From Macrostomum lignano (taxonomy: Eukaryota), in the NCBI GenBank assembly GCA_002269645.1, contig NIVC01002014.1, positions 149,148 through 213,147 on the forward strand: 64,000 nt of DNA. Direction: 5' to 3'. The notes under the pieces were generated by a model that made no database searches, had not been told where the DNA came from, and saw nothing but the letters and a program-made list of their open reading frames with translations. Shown piece after piece: positions 9,644 to 44,800 of the stretch (the first letter of the stretch is position 1; every line of letters starts with the position of its first letter). Made by a program: the position numbers and the translations under genes.

Positions 9644-12600
9644 CAAAAGCAGCAGAAGCGGCAGAACAGACAGCCGCCGCAGCTGACCGAGGCGGAGGCC
9701 GCCCAGCTGCTCATGTTCAACGCTGACGAGGGCAATCATGGCGGCGGCGGTGTCGAACCGGCCGGTGGGCCTGCCGGCATCAGCCAGGATGACAAGCGCA
9801 GCCTCTTGGCCTTCATCCATGATGAGCAGGTTGGGCTCGCTCTCTTGTTGCTGGGCAATTGCTGGTAGAGATCAGAGATTGTGGAGAGGTCAAAGGGATG
9901 GTAGAGAGGTCAAAGGGATGATAGAGAGGTCAAAGGGATGATAGAGTAGTCAAAGGGATGATAGAGTAGTCAAAGGGATGCTAGAGAGGTCAAAGGGATG
10001 GTGGAGAGGTCAAAGGGATGATAGAGTAGTCAAAGGGATGATAGAGTAGTCAAAGGGATGCTAGAGAGGTCAAAGGGATGGTGGAGAGGTCAAAGGGATG
10101 GTAGAGAGGTCAAAGGGATGATAGAAAGGTCAAAGGGATGGTAGAGAGGTCAAAGGGATGGTAGAGAGGTCAAAGGGATGATAGAGAGGTCAAAGGGATG
10201 GTAGAGAGGTCAAAGGGATGATAGAGAGGTCAAAGGGATGCTAGAGAGGTCAAAGGGATGCTAGAGAGGTCAAAGGGATGGTGGAGAGGTCAAAGGGATG
10301 GTGGAGAGGTCAAAGGGATGGTGGAGAGGTCAAAGGGACGGTGGAGAGGTCAAAGGGATGGTGGAGAGGTCAAAGGGATGGTGGAGAGGTCAAAGGGATG
10401 GGGGAGAGGTCAAGGGGGTGGCAACCATGCTTCTCAATTTGCTCAATAAAGCCTGCCCAACTCAACAATATCCCTCTCTCTCCCCAAGGCTCCGCTGTTC
10501 GCCAACCAAGACCGCAGCCAGTCGGACACAGCTCCACCGGTCTTTGTTCCGCGAATTGCCGCCGCCTCGACGGCCCCTGCCGCAGCGGCCACCGCGACGT
10601 CGTCTCTGCCGCCTCAGGATGTCGACATGCGCCAGCCGGCGCTGCAGCCGCGCCCTGCGCCAGCCAAGGCGCCGCCGCCGCCCCTGCCGCCGCCCCCGCC
10701 GCAGGCTGCCGCGGCTGCCGACCCGCCCGAGCCCGCTGTCCCGGCCGCCGTGGCCGCCCTCGTCGAGGACCTGTACGTGCCGCAGTGCAGCGACAGCCGG
10801 CCGGCGGCTCCGGCTGCCTACTGCTACTCGCCCGACCTGCGGCATCGCCGTCTCGTCAAGAACATCGACGAGGCGGCGTCGGTGTCGGCGCCAAAACGGC
10901 CGCGGTTTGACGGCTTCGAAGAGGCCTCCTCGCTGCTGCCCAAGCAGGACGTCGACATGAGACGGTTGCCGCCTTCCCGACCGCCGCAGGCGCCTCAACA
11001 GCCGCCTCAGCAACCGCCTCCTCCGCCCCAGCAACCACCTCCGCCGCCCCAGCAACCGCCTCCACCCCAGCAGCCCGCCCGTCATCAGCAGTCGCCTCGG
11101 AAGCAGTCGGGTCGCTGGCAGCGGATGCAGCTAGCCTGGCACGTGAACGTGCCCGGCTTTCCAGGCTTCCCTCAGATCGGCTTCGATCCCCGGCTGCTGC
11201 GCAAGGCCTACGAGTCCAAGAAGTACATCCCGGACCCCAACCTGTGCTGCCACCCCTTGCTGCTGGAGGGCCTGTACCGTCCGCTGTTCACCAACAGGCT
11301 GCAGCCGTGCGCAGCCGTGGACGGCAAGCTGCGGGCGGTGCGGTACACCGGGCCGCCAGTCACCCTGCTGGTTGATGGCCAGAAATTCTCTGTGCCCACT
11401 GCTGGCATTGTGCGGCTGCAGCTGGCCTCTGGCAGGCTCGTACAGCAGCAGCAGAAAATGCAACAGCTGCAGAAGCAGAAACAGCCGGAGCACAGTGAGG
11501 TGAGTGAAGTTTTTATTTTGATTGAAATCATGTACCAATTTGTCTACTGCCAGTAGTGTGATAGTTGTTTAACTCTGCTCGCATGCGATACAAGAGCCAG
11601 GCTCTGAGAGCTAATCAAGAGGACGCTTCCTCTTGGACTGGGGGTACCGTTTTCATCGGGTTCGGAGTTCGGACTCTAGCATTGACAAAATGGCACTGCG
11701 ATTCTAAGAAAGCTCATTTCTTTTGAACCAGTGCCTACTATTAGTGGTAGTAGTTTTCGGGCACTCGATGGGCCACTCAGTAAGCTGCTTTCAGTTCAGT
11801 AGTATGTTAAGCAAAAGGATTAGAATTATTTTTAAAGTCAAGGCTCATTTTATTGGCTCTTACCCCCCTTCAACCGCGCCTTTTCACAATACCCCCGCCC
11901 GCCCCAATTTTTATTGCCTTTCATGGGATCCTGCCATGTACATTTCAGTGGACTGGCCAATGTACATTATTGCTGAACCAATTAGCAAGCTGTTTACGCC
12001 TGCAAGCTTGGGCTTCTAAACTTACCAAAGTAATTTCAGCTGCCTTTTTTATAAAAAAGCTTACGTATTCTTCTTTGCTACTGAACTGAAATTAGAAAGT
12101 AGATTATATATATACTATTCTAAGTAGAAGTTGCGCGCATCTCCCCGCAGAAGAGGTGCGGCCCGTTCTACTCGGTGTGCCTGGGCGGCCCGCTGCACGA
12201 GCTGTGCATCGAGGGCCGGGCCCTGCGGGTGCAGTTCGGCGGCCCGCCGGTTTTCAAATCCATCGGCCGGGGCCAAACCGAGATCTGCGCCGAGCTGCAG
12301 CTGCCCGGAGCCGAGCCGCCCACCGTACTGCTGCCGGCCGTGCCCGACCAGCTCATCCACTGGGTGGACGCCGGCCGCTTTGGCCAGTTCCGGTCGCACG
12401 CACAGGTGGACCTGCCCCGGGCACCGGTGCCACCGGGCTACCGGGCCGTGTGGACCTACACGGAGTACTCGGACCGGCTCAAGCCGCTCATTGCCGACCG
12501 CCTGGCCAAGATTGAGAGGAAGAACCGGCAGATGGGACTCCTGCCGCAGCCTGCGGTGAGCGCTGCGCATGATTCTGGTCTGGGATTTCAGATTGAGGAT

Positions 12601-13735
12601 TTTTTAAGTTTTGGATTTTGGATTGGGGATTTCTGAAGCTTGGGATTTCAGATTGGGGATTTCGAAGTCTGGGATTTTAGATTCAGGATTTCTGTAGTCT
12701 GGGATTTTAGATTGGGGATTTCTGTAGTCTGGGATTTTAGATTGGGGATTTCTGAAGTTTTGGATTTCAGATTGGGGATTTCTGAAGTTTTGGATTTCAG
12801 ATTGGGGATTTCTAAAGTCTGGGATTTAGGATTGGGGATTTCTAAAGTCTCGGATTTCAGATTGGGCATTTCTGAAGTTTTGGATTTCTGAAGTTTTGGA
12901 TTTCAGATTGGGGATTTCTGAAGTCTGGGATTTAGGATTGGGGATTTCTGAAGTCTGGGATTTAGGATTGGGGATTTCTGAAGTCTGGGATTTAGGATTG
13001 GGGATTTCTGAAGTCTGGGATTTAGGATTGGGGATTTCTAAAGTCTCGGATTTCAGATTGGGGATTCTTAAAATCTGAGAGGGATATCATAGACTGGGAT
13101 CTCAGATATAACAAACCAGTTGTATCCTCATTCACCCCTAGCAGGAGGAGGGGGATCGAGCTCGGGCCGCGGCACCGCCCAGCCAGCAGCAGGCGGAGAC
13201 GTCGGCAGCCCCTCAGCCGTCCAGCGTCCCCAGCTCGGCCAACCTGGCCAGCCTGTTCGACAAGCTGGTGGAGACGGGCCTCATCAGCGCCAACTCCCAG
13301 CCTCCGCCGGCGGCCAAAGCCGAGGAGGCCGCCGCTGAGGCATCGGCGAAGCCTGCCGATGATGAGGAGCCAGAGGATGCCGAGAGCTCCAGGGACGCCG
13401 CGGCGCTGGCTGACGAGGAGGGTCCAAAGTCGCCGCCGCCGTCTCCGCGGTCGCCTTCGCCCGAGCCGGAGCCGGAGCCGTGGGAGCGCCGCTTCGAGGA
13501 CTTCGACATCATGGGCTGGCGGGCTGCCAACCCCTACGTGCTGGAGGCGCTGTTCGGCCTGCCGCAGCAGTGCCGCGTCTGCGGCGTCCGCTTCGCCGAT
13601 GCCGACTCGCTGGGCCGCCACTCGGCCGCCTGTCTGAGCCGCTACAGGCGCCAGTCCACTCTGTGCCGGCGCTCGCGCGGCTGGATGCCCGACGCCGCCC
13701 AGCTGGTGCTGCGGCCGCCTCCGCCCTCGCCCTGA
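8829..13735 (+). CDS. PCF11: Divergent PCF11-like cleavage/termination factor (CID + FGGP-repeat region + one zinc finger), ~920 aa
   Basis: Exons 8829-8990, 9236-9829, 10489-11499, 12151-12555, 13145-13735, all GT-AG phase 0 and open. CID-like helices (…RIFASAHQRADSQGRARLDKVRRSW), QDVDMR motifs, LGGPLHELCIEG…VQFGGPP, LFDKLVETGLI, LFGLPQQCRVCGVRF…H…RGW. Confidence 0.75.
9011..9222. repeat. Intronic minisatellite, 24-bp unit CTCTAGCAGTCCCTGGCCCCGCAA
   Basis: About 8-9 tandem copies inside PCF11-like intron 1. Confidence 0.95.
9880..10415. repeat. Intronic minisatellite, 20-bp unit GTAGAGAGGTCAAAGGGATG
   Basis: Tandem copies in PCF11-like intron 2. Confidence 0.95.
12580..13075. repeat. Intronic minisatellite, ~30-bp unit TCTGGGATTTCAGATTGGGGATTTCTGAAG
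   Basis: Tandem copies in PCF11-like intron 4. Confidence 0.95.
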
Positions 13736-13809
13736 TGACGCCTTCAGGACGCTGCCTGGTTGCCTCAGTGATTAGTTTATGGCCTGATCCCAGCTTAACT
13801 TTAATACAT

Positions 13810-14000
13810 TGATCCCTAATACCTTGATCCTTAACACCTTGATCCTTAACACCTTGATCCCTAATACCTTGATCCCTAACACCTTGATCCCTAATACCTT
13901 GATCTCTAATCCTTGATCCCTAACACCTTGATCCCTAATACCTGGATCCCTTACATCTTGATCCCCAATTCCTTGATCCCAACACCTTGATCCCTAATAG
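13810..14000. repeat. Minisatellite, 15-bp unit ACCTTGATCCCTAAC
   Basis: Tandem copies just 3' of the PCF11-like stop. Confidence 0.9.
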
Positions 14001-14474
14001 GTATCCCAGGCCATTTGGCTATAATATTCCAAAACTGGAAGAAGTTTCATTTTCATTTCAGAACCCCCTGGCCACTTCGCACTTTGATCACTTTCATTCT
14101 GACCGTCTTGTCTTGTTCGTTCCCGTTCGTTGTTACCTTGACGAAACCCTTCGCGCGTGTTCTGAACAGCTGCTGCATTTTCTGCTTTTAGTCCCCCTGT
14201 TGCCTGCGTCTGCCCGTGCTCCCCTGTGCAGTCTTATTTAGCTAACTGTGCACCTGTTATTAATTTTCTTATTCTGAAATCATGAATGCGGAATTCGGGC
14301 TCCGCGCGCTCGCTACTGAAATTGCATGTACATGTGTGAATTACTTATTAGTAATATGTTGTTAATCTGCGCGAGCTCACTCAAATATAAAGGCAATTCT
14401 TATTTGTTATTTGCCAGCAAACTGCTCTTTCTTCTCTTGCTTTTGTTGCTTCTAAATCATTTTCATTGTGAAGC

Positions 14475-16759
<2,285 letters not shown>

Positions 16760-17345
16760 GCAGCGGCTGCTGCGCGCGTTTTGCTACTGTTAGTAATATA
16801 GAAGATAGACTGTCTGCCCCTCTAGATTCAACATACGTATTTAAAGCCGACTTGAAATGCTTATGCTACTACTTATTGAATAGTTAGCTTAGCCAGTGTT
16901 GTCAGCCCAGAGTATTTGTTCCTCTGTTGCACACCAATCAGAATCCGGTTAAACTGAATTCTCTTTTTCGCTTAGAAATTGCATATTAAATCTTAACTAA
17001 CATAGAGTTTAGCTACTATTAGTAGTCAATAATAAACCGCTTTTTCTTCTTTTTGACAGCATCAGCTTTAGTAGCTTTTTCTCACCGAAATAAAATGGCT
17101 TTTTTATTTCTTAATTCAATTTTAATCAAATTTCAGTACTTTAGTTTTGCCGTCGGCTTTGATGTCAACATGAAAAAAATTACGAAAAAGTTGTTGTGAA
17201 AGAAAATCTGGAAGAAAAATATAGACTAGGATAAATTAAAACAAGTAGTGACTGACTAGGTGAGCTGGTCATTGCAAGGCACTGACTGAAAACTGATATG
17301 TTTGCTCACTTGTAATGCGCTCTCATTTAGGCAGTTTAAATGACT

Positions 17346-17550
17346 CCGGTTCTTAAAAGGGGCCGTTTTAACCGCACATGAGATGACATACAGAATCGGT
17401 TCTCAAAAGGGCCGTTTTAACCACACATGAGATGACATACAGAATCGGTTCTAGCCACACATAGATAGTATGTAAAACGGGTTCTCAAGTGGGCCGTTTT
17501 AACTACACGTGAGATGGCATGCATAACCGGTTCTTAAAAGGGTCGTTTTA
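17346..17550. repeat. Degenerate ~50-bp tandem repeat (CGGTTCTxAAAAGGGCCGTTTTAACCACACATGAGATG...)
   Basis: About 4 diverged copies between the convergent TPI and NWD-like 3' ends. Confidence 0.75.
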
Positions 17551-17784
17551 ACTTGAAAAGAATCGGCGTCGAAAAAGCAGAAAAATCTGCTAGCCACACA
17601 CTCAGTCTGCTGTGCCTCCTCAAGCTCGATGCCTGAACGCAGTTAAATTCTGAGGCGATAAAAAAGCCCGAAACTGCAAGTGAAATGCAATCGGATCAAA
17701 GATGTGACAAAAACTGTGCTTCAAAAATATTAAAACAATTTAAAAAACTGTTTAGTCTATTCGCATCAACGGTCGTTAGCATAG

Positions 17785-34648
<16,864 letters not shown>

Positions 34649-35377
34649 GGCGGGTGGCTGGGCTTTGCCCGCTACGGGTGCGAGTCAAGCAGTTGTTTTT
34701 TTCAGCTGTACATTGCAATTTGTACTCATTATTGGAAGCTAAATTATTTTGCTATTTGGCTTAACAGATTGGTATTTAATGTTTCCTACTGTTAATTTGC
34801 TGCAGTATCTTCCCTGTTTGTTTTAATAAGCTTAAATGAAAGGTAATGATAAGTCATATTTTTTATTATTTTAGAAATTAAAAAATAGAGTTATATATTT
34901 ATAGTAAAAATATTCATAACTTTTGAAATTTCTAACTACTATCTGCTTGTCTTAAAATCATTAGGTCAGTTAATACCTTTTAAGTGGATATTTTGACATA
35001 AATTGGTATTTAAAAATATTTTGTATTTTTTATATAATTTATTTCAAATGAACTAACCAAAATTTCTAGGTCAACTTAGTATAGATAGTAATAAACAGAT
35101 TTGAATTGTAATATGTGATTTCAAATTGTGATTTTTAAAAAATTGCGAAGCTAAAGAAGTTGGATAATTTAATGTGTTCGAAAATGAGTGTAGTTTGATT
35201 GTATATACTCGTAATTCACTATCATTAAAGCAATAATTCGGTATGTCTGGAAACCAAAGTCGACCAGTGTAAGTAAAAACAAAGTGAATTAAAAAATGTG
35301 TAGATGTGCATGTTGCTGTATATTGCGATACATGGCTATATAACAAAATAAAATAAAACATATCATTGATAAGAGCA

Positions 35378-35935
35378 GTGCTAAACTTAAACAATTGATT
35401 GAAATTAGACTTTTGCTTGAATGTTTCACTGTGTGACCAAATTTTACTGTTAAATGTAGAAACTTCACTACAAGTCATTATATAAAAGCCAAAATAAAAA
35501 ATTATAAAAAATCTATTAGTGTAGCGGCGTGTAGCCTGTGTAGGCCGTGCAGCATCTATTATAGTATGCTTTGACACAATTCTGTAATAAAATTGGCTTC
35601 AGAAAATCTAAATTAAAAAAATTATATCACGCATCGTGTCTCCCCTAGCGGAGAAATACGACGGTCGTTGCTGAATTTTACGTTACCAGAGAATGAAACT
35701 TCTTACTTCTTGCCTCCTCGACTGAAAATTATGAGTCAAAATTGATAAAAGAGTTAGTCGGTATTAACAGTTTTCGGAACCGGCCTAAACTATCAAGAAT
35801 TTGGGCTAATAGCTGGGTTAGCAATCTCAATATTCAACCATCGATAAAATCTACGGCCGGTAACGTTTAGTAACCGTTAAATCAGCGGCAGCTCCGCATC
35901 CTTCTTAATATTTCTGAGTGTCATACAAAATCTAT
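35378..35935. repeat. Dispersed repeat, copy 1
   Basis: Shares long blocks (GCTTGAATGTTTCACTGTGTGACCAAATTTTACTG; AAATTGGCTTCAGAAAATCTAAATTAAAAAA; CATCGTGTCTCCCCTAGCGGA) with 44284-44800 in the same orientation. Confidence 0.85.
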
Positions 35936-38900
35936 AAACTAGATAGGGTATAAGGATCTTTAGAAACATGCATGTATCAAGCACAGTTAAGCTTTTATGA
36001 AAAAAACCAAAATTGTTTGGACACCCATGATTTATATGTACATGTACATATACACTAGTTAGATTAGTTTGATGTACATGTACATGCACTTGTACATTAC
36101 CCACTACATTTGATGCACGATGTAACTTGCATGTGGACATTTAATTTCATATTTGCGCCACTGACGAGGTTTTAGCACCTTAGCACCTCGAATTCGCGAC
36201 CACATACATGCTTTACGTACCATGATTTCCTTTTAATTTCTAGTCCAATACCGTGTAGTGCCAACGCCAAGGATGACTAAAGCAAAGTATATACTACGGG
36301 ACGCGACACTCACGTTTCATTGAAAAAGTTTTAGGCCACACGTACACGTACACATGTACATGCAATTGATCCTGTACTACATGTATCTGGACCTATCGAT
36401 CTGCAGCTGTTACACATTCTGCATGGTTACACGGTCAGTTAAGAATGACGAAATAGATTCATAAAACCAGCGAGCTGAGCCGTACCATAATGGTTTTTAG
36501 GCACAGGCCATATGCAATTGCACGTAAAAAAACATCCTAATTTTATGTCGTGTCACCATCAAGGACCACTACTCGTAAAAATCTTGGCATATATGTTGCT
36601 TTAGTTCTCCTTGGTCAACATAAAAATATAAATAGAAATTTTGCTACTATACATGTACCAGTACAGTACATACGTTACTCCAAAACAAAAACAATGTTCC
36701 AAAGTTGACATAATTGTATATCGCCAGACGATTATATTTCCCTTAACCAATTGACATGAAGAGAAAAATCAAACGGGTAGGAGAGAAACAGATCAGTGCT
36801 TATCTGTAATGACTTGAGAACGAGTCTTGATTCTCTATTGCACTGGGATGGGAAGTGGCGCCTGCAAGTGGCAGACAGGAATACATGTAAGAGATGTGAG
36901 CCCGGACCGTGGCGTCCGGTTGGACTATATATTTGGGAGCTCCCGGGCCCCGACATAGAAAGGCGTGCTGTGGCACGAAACATACTGGTACGAAAGGTAC
37001 AAATGGTGGGAGTGTGCAGAAGGGAGAATCCGTTGAGTCAGTGAGGGGAATCAGGGGTGCAAAATAACATTAGTTTGTGGGAGCGGTAGGCCCTGGCCAG
37101 GTTGCGGAGAAATCCACAGCTCAGGCCATCAGCACACTATCAACACACGATTCGAGAAGGAAGCTGAGACGTGTTTCTAGTTTCCTATTGTAGCAGTCGG
37201 GACAATTAACCAGCGATTGAACGGAATTTGGAGGATCATATTGTCGGGATGTATCTGCTTGATGCCAAGAGGCTGTTTAAATTATTCGATATATTCCAGC
37301 TCTGGGAATTCAGTTCACTGGTGAGGCCATCAGCACTCGATCCAAAACATAAAATCTGTGGATACAAATTTGATTGGGAACTTATCTTAACTGTGCTGGC
37401 AACTACCAGACTGGCCGATATTCTCAAACTTGGGAGAATTAGAATTAGTGAAAGGGTAATTCCGCAGCTTCGACTGCTTTACTTTTTGTCCCGGTCTCCA
37501 AATCTTGGGCGGAATGAACAGAGTTGCAGCTAACCTTGGCTAGAAAATGAAGGTGGATACGTAAGTGAGTGGGAGCAGTTGTAGAAAAAACTACTTTCTT
37601 ACCTCGCGGCAGTTTGCCTCCGCGCACAGACGGCCTCTTTAATGCAAAGCGTCGGTGCAAGGGTGGCGTCGAAGCCGACACAGGGGGGGGGGGGAGAGAA
37701 GAGTCCGTGGTGTCGGCGCCATCTTTATGTCGGCTCACCATGGTCTCTCCTCGTGGCAGGCTCTCCAGCACGTTGCCAAAGTACCAATTAATACCGCTTA
37801 CACATTTTTATATCAAAATCTTAATCCTTAAAGGCTATTGTCTTGTTACCGGAGACACCGGAGTGGTCTAAAAGCTGACCTCAACAGTAAGTTCAATGTG
37901 TCAGTGTAATTTCATGCACGCCAAAATAGGCAATGAGCGCACAGGAAACTGGAAAAAAGGAGAGGACACGGTAGGTAGAAGGCGCACGTTACCGTAAGGA
38001 AAGAGGAAAGAGGAACAGCAGCAAATAAAGCATCGGACGACTGGAGACACAGAACAAAATGGAGAAAAACGACAAACAAAAGTGAGAGACACAGAGAAAA
38101 GAAAAAGCAAAAAACAAATGTTAGAAAGGCCCAGAGCCCGTCGCAGATGGGATAGACAAAATGACACAGTAAATTAGAGAATCAAAGAAGAAGGCAAAAG
38201 GAAGAAGGAAGAAAGAAGACAGACACAAGCACGCACCGCACCCCACCCCGGCTACCACCCGGGGGACCAGCACACACCACCCAGATGACCGGCAACAGTC
38301 CGCCCGGTTTTCTGGCCTGAAACCGGCAAACCCGTACAAAACTCCAAAGAAGACGGGCCACGTCGGGGAGGCGCGGAGCCCCCCGTCATAAGAGCAAAGT
38401 GCCACGACAAACAGTGGAGAGTGACAAAATGAATTGAGTAAAACATTCTAAACTAATGATTAATAGGAAACTAGCACAAATAATCGTAACAAATAGGCCA
38501 AAAGTTGGAGAAGTTGGAAAAATAATACAAGTAAGAAAACAAACCGACTTAAGCCTCTGGCTGCGGCATACGCGAAGGGGGTGATACCAAACAAAAACAA
38601 CATGGGTGCAAACAGGGGTGACTCAACCGTCTGGAAGGGCAAGGTGCACTTGCACTGCAAAAGTGCACGACACAACAGCATGGAATTAAACAGACGGAGC
38701 CGGCAAAAATGGTTTTACAATGGCTGGAGTGCTAATCCTGCCCTCAGCCTCCAAAAGATAAGGTGGGCCTGACTGCTGGAGGAGCAGCCAGGCAGCCCAG
38801 TGTGGATGTCATTGGGCAGCAAAAGCTACCTCATCCGCCTTCGGTGGCACAAGGCACACCAGGGTTCCACTACCCCCAACAGGGACTCCGCCGAGGCAGA

Positions 38901-39622
38901 CATACCGTTGGGGCTGAGACGGGCCCAGGGGCTCGCTAGGGCTGAGACGCCAATCCCTGGGACACAGCAAAGAGCTGCTACCTGCTATCCTGTATTAATA
39001 GGCTTCAATACATTCAGGAATTGTTAATGTAAGGGACAGACTACGTAGGGTGCCAGAAAGAGTGCATACAGACCTTAATATCTGAAAAGCAATATAGCTT
39101 GTATAACAATGTGCACAACAGAGGAGACTATGTTGTATAAATATATAGTTTGTTATGTCGCTAATATATGTGTGCTAAGATAAATATGACTCAAGCAGAA
39201 ACGCATGATGGGGATTGTAGGCTTATGATTGAGAGAAAATTGACTGAGAACCTATAATAAAATCTGTAGCTCTTGAAAATTTGAGTCATTTTTATCAAAT
39301 ATAGGCAGAAATGGGCAGAAAAAACGTACATCTAGCTGAATAATGTAGAAAATACATTAATAGAGAAGGCTAAAATAAGGTAAAATAAAACCCCTCTCAC
39401 CGCATTCAATGAAAAAACAAGTCCAGTTATAATCAGAAGCAGAAAAAACATCAGCATACAAGAACCAAAATAAGTACTATATGGGCCGGGTCCGAAGGGG
39501 CGGAGCTGCAGTACTAAGTCGCCGAAAAATGTATTCTGTTCAATTTGATTTTCTAACTTTTCTAACTTTTTCACACCGAGTGACCGTGTCCAAAATCAGT
39601 TCAAAGTTACTGGCTCTTGCGT

Positions 39623-42043
<2,421 letters not shown>

Positions 42044-42636
42044 AGCTATAAATCGTTATAGCAAATGAGATCAGATGAGAAAACACGGTTAGTTCATAGG
42101 CAGTCGCAGTTGCGAGAATGTTTCTTTGAGAAGGAAGACGCTTCAATTGCCAGCAGGAGGGGTTTTACAAGTTTGCAGTCTTAGACACGCTGGCTTCGGT
42201 TACAGTCTCTCTCCACCAAGCTTCTCTTTTATGCTCCTCGCCTCCAAAACCCCATGCTCTGTTGTACAGAGAAAATTCTCTCCTCACTAGCGTAACACCT
42301 CGTGTTCCACCGGGTAACACGTATCATAAAAATATTTTTCTAGAATTTTCTATATTTTTTGAGTCAGGTCGCAAATCTTTGCAAATCGTAAACTCAGCTA
42401 TATCGATTATTTTTCTCACCTCTGCGCGGTCTTGGCTCCAAGATTGTACAGTCTAGAATTTTCTGGAATTTTCTACTGCTAGCTGTAATTTAAGCAAACA
42501 CCGAAACCACTCGGGCTTCTCACCCCACAATTATGCCATCAACCGGGACTGACAGAAGACGATTGCAAAATCTTAAGGCGAAACTTTGAGATGCACGAAA
42601 CCGCACAATTGTATTACATGAAAATAGTGATCTAGC

Positions 42637-43640
42637 CAGGGGAGGATTTAGGGGGGGGCGCCCCCCCCCCCTAAATAGCTTGACAGAACATATTGCGCCC
42701 CCCCCCAAAAACCTGAGTTTGCGCCCCCTAAACTTGATTTTTCACCTTCTACACGCATTTTATGCGCCCCAAGCTTGACCTTTTGCCCCATACACGCATT
42801 TTATGCGCCCCAAGCTTGACCTTTTGCCCCATACACGCATTTTATGCGCCCCAAGCTTGACCTTTTGCCCCATACACGCATTTTTTGCGCCCCAAGCTTG
42901 ACCTTTTGCCCCATACACGCATTTTATGCGCCCCAAGCTTGACCTTTTGCCCCATACACGCATTTTATGCGCCCCAAGCTTGACCTTTTGCCCCATACAC
43001 GCATTTTTTGCGCCCCAAGCTTGACCTTTTGCCCCATACACGCATTTTTTGCGCCCCAAGCTTGACCTTTTGCCCCATACACGCATTTTATGCGCCCCAA
43101 GCTTGACCTTTTGCCCCATACACGCATTTTATGCGCCCCAAGCTTGACCTTTTGCCCCATACACGCATTTTTTGCGCCCCAAGCTTGACCTTTTGCCCCA
43201 TACACGCATTTTTTGCGCCCCAAGCTTGACCTTTTGCCCCATACACGCTTTTTTTGCGCCCCAAGCTTGACCTTTTGCCCCATACACGCATTTTATGCGC
43301 CCCAAGCTTGACCTTTTGCCCCATACACGCATTTTATGCGCCCCAAGCTTGACCTTTTGCCCCATACACGCATTTTATGCGCCCAAGCTTGACCTTTTGC
43401 CCCATACACGCATTTTATGCGCCCCAAGCTTGACCTTTTGCCCCATACACGCATTTTTTGCGCCCCAAGCTTGACCTTTTGCCCCATACACACATTTTAT
43501 GCGCCCCAAGCTTGACCTTTTGCCCCATACACGCATTTTTTGCGCCCCCTAGCTTAAAAATTGACGCCCTTATACTCGTGTTGGCGCCCCAAACTTGGAC
43601 CGCCCCCCCTCCCGAAAATGAAGCTCTAGATCCGCCACTG
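42637..43640. mobile_element. hAT-type MITE carrying a 41-bp tandem array
   Basis: Ends CAGGGGAGGATTTAG / rc CAGTGGCGGATCTAG (12/15); perfect 8-bp TSD GATCTAGC (42629-42636, 43641-43648); internal unit GCGCCCCAAGCTTGACCTTTTGCCCCATACACGCATTTTAT. Confidence 0.88.
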
Positions 43641-44283
43641 GATCTAGCTAATTGCTTCTAGAGGAAATCTACGACAAGGTGGAGTCGAGATTCGTTGCAA
43701 CTAAATTAGCCAATTTTTCAATATCAGTGCAGCTAAGACTCGAAATTTGTGTTTTCTGTGTACTTTTTATCATTAATCAATCCATTGCTTCATTTCTTAC
43801 TATTTTGAAGGAGGTGAAGGAGCCACAGGAGAAAGTCCGTAGCAAGGAGAACGAACTAGAGAGTCGTGAACGGGAGAAAATACCGCCTGGTTTCGAGTGC
43901 AGCGTGTGTTACGACTGGTTATCGAACATCTTTTTGAATAAAACAGAATGAGTCTATGACACCTTTGGAAATAGAAAATAAAAACGAGTCAAATTAGTTA
44001 GCAGCAAATTTCACTCTGAACTCCACAAGAAATAAAACAGATTCGCAATTTCTACTACTATTAGTAAGAAATTTGTAAAAAAAAGAAGTACCTCTCAATG
44101 CTTTGAACAAGAAATAAGACAGATAAGCAACTAACATTAGTAAAAACCACCGTAGCCACTGCAACCTTAGACTCAGAATAATTTTCTTATAGCTCTTTCT
44201 GCTTTTCGTCATTGCATACAAAAATGTCATGCACAGCTCACCGCAGATGTCACTGTTAAGATATTGAAAGTGTATTAAAAATG

Positions 44284-44800
44284 GCTAAACTTAACACGAC
44301 TGATTGAAATTGGACTTAAGCTTGAATGTTTCACTGTGTGACCAAATTTTACTGCTGAATGTAGAAATTTCACTTCACAGTCATTATATAAAGCTAAAGT
44401 AAAAAAAAATATGCAGCATCAATTATACTATACTTAGACTGCACGAAGTTCTGTAAGAAATTGGCTTCAGAAAATCTAAATTAAAAAATTATATCACACA
44501 TCGTGTCTCCCCTAGCGGACAAAAAACGACAGTCGTTTCTGTATTTTACGTAACCTAAGAATGAAACATGTGAGTCAAAATTGATAAAAAGAATGAGTTG
44601 GTAGTAACAGTTCCCTGCAGAACCGTCCCAGATAATCAGAAACTGAGATAATAGCTGGGTTAATAATCTCAATATTCAATCATAGATAAAAATCTGCGGC
44701 TATTGATGCCATTAATACTCGTAGCTGTTAATCAGCGGCACTTCAGCATCCTTCTTTTATATAGTTCTGAAAATGTCATACAGAATGTAATTAGAAAGCG
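44284..44800. repeat. Dispersed repeat, copy 2
   Basis: See 35378-35935. Confidence 0.85.

Noticed and set aside
35071-35577. 168-aa AT-rich ORF
   Set aside because: No recognisable motif, composition unlike the real exons, and it overlaps a dispersed repeat.
36730-39030. Possible L1/Tx1 endonuclease relic (RLDYIF near 36920) and neighbouring short ORFs
   Set aside because: A single short motif with no SDH or RT motifs in any frame I read; too decayed to call.
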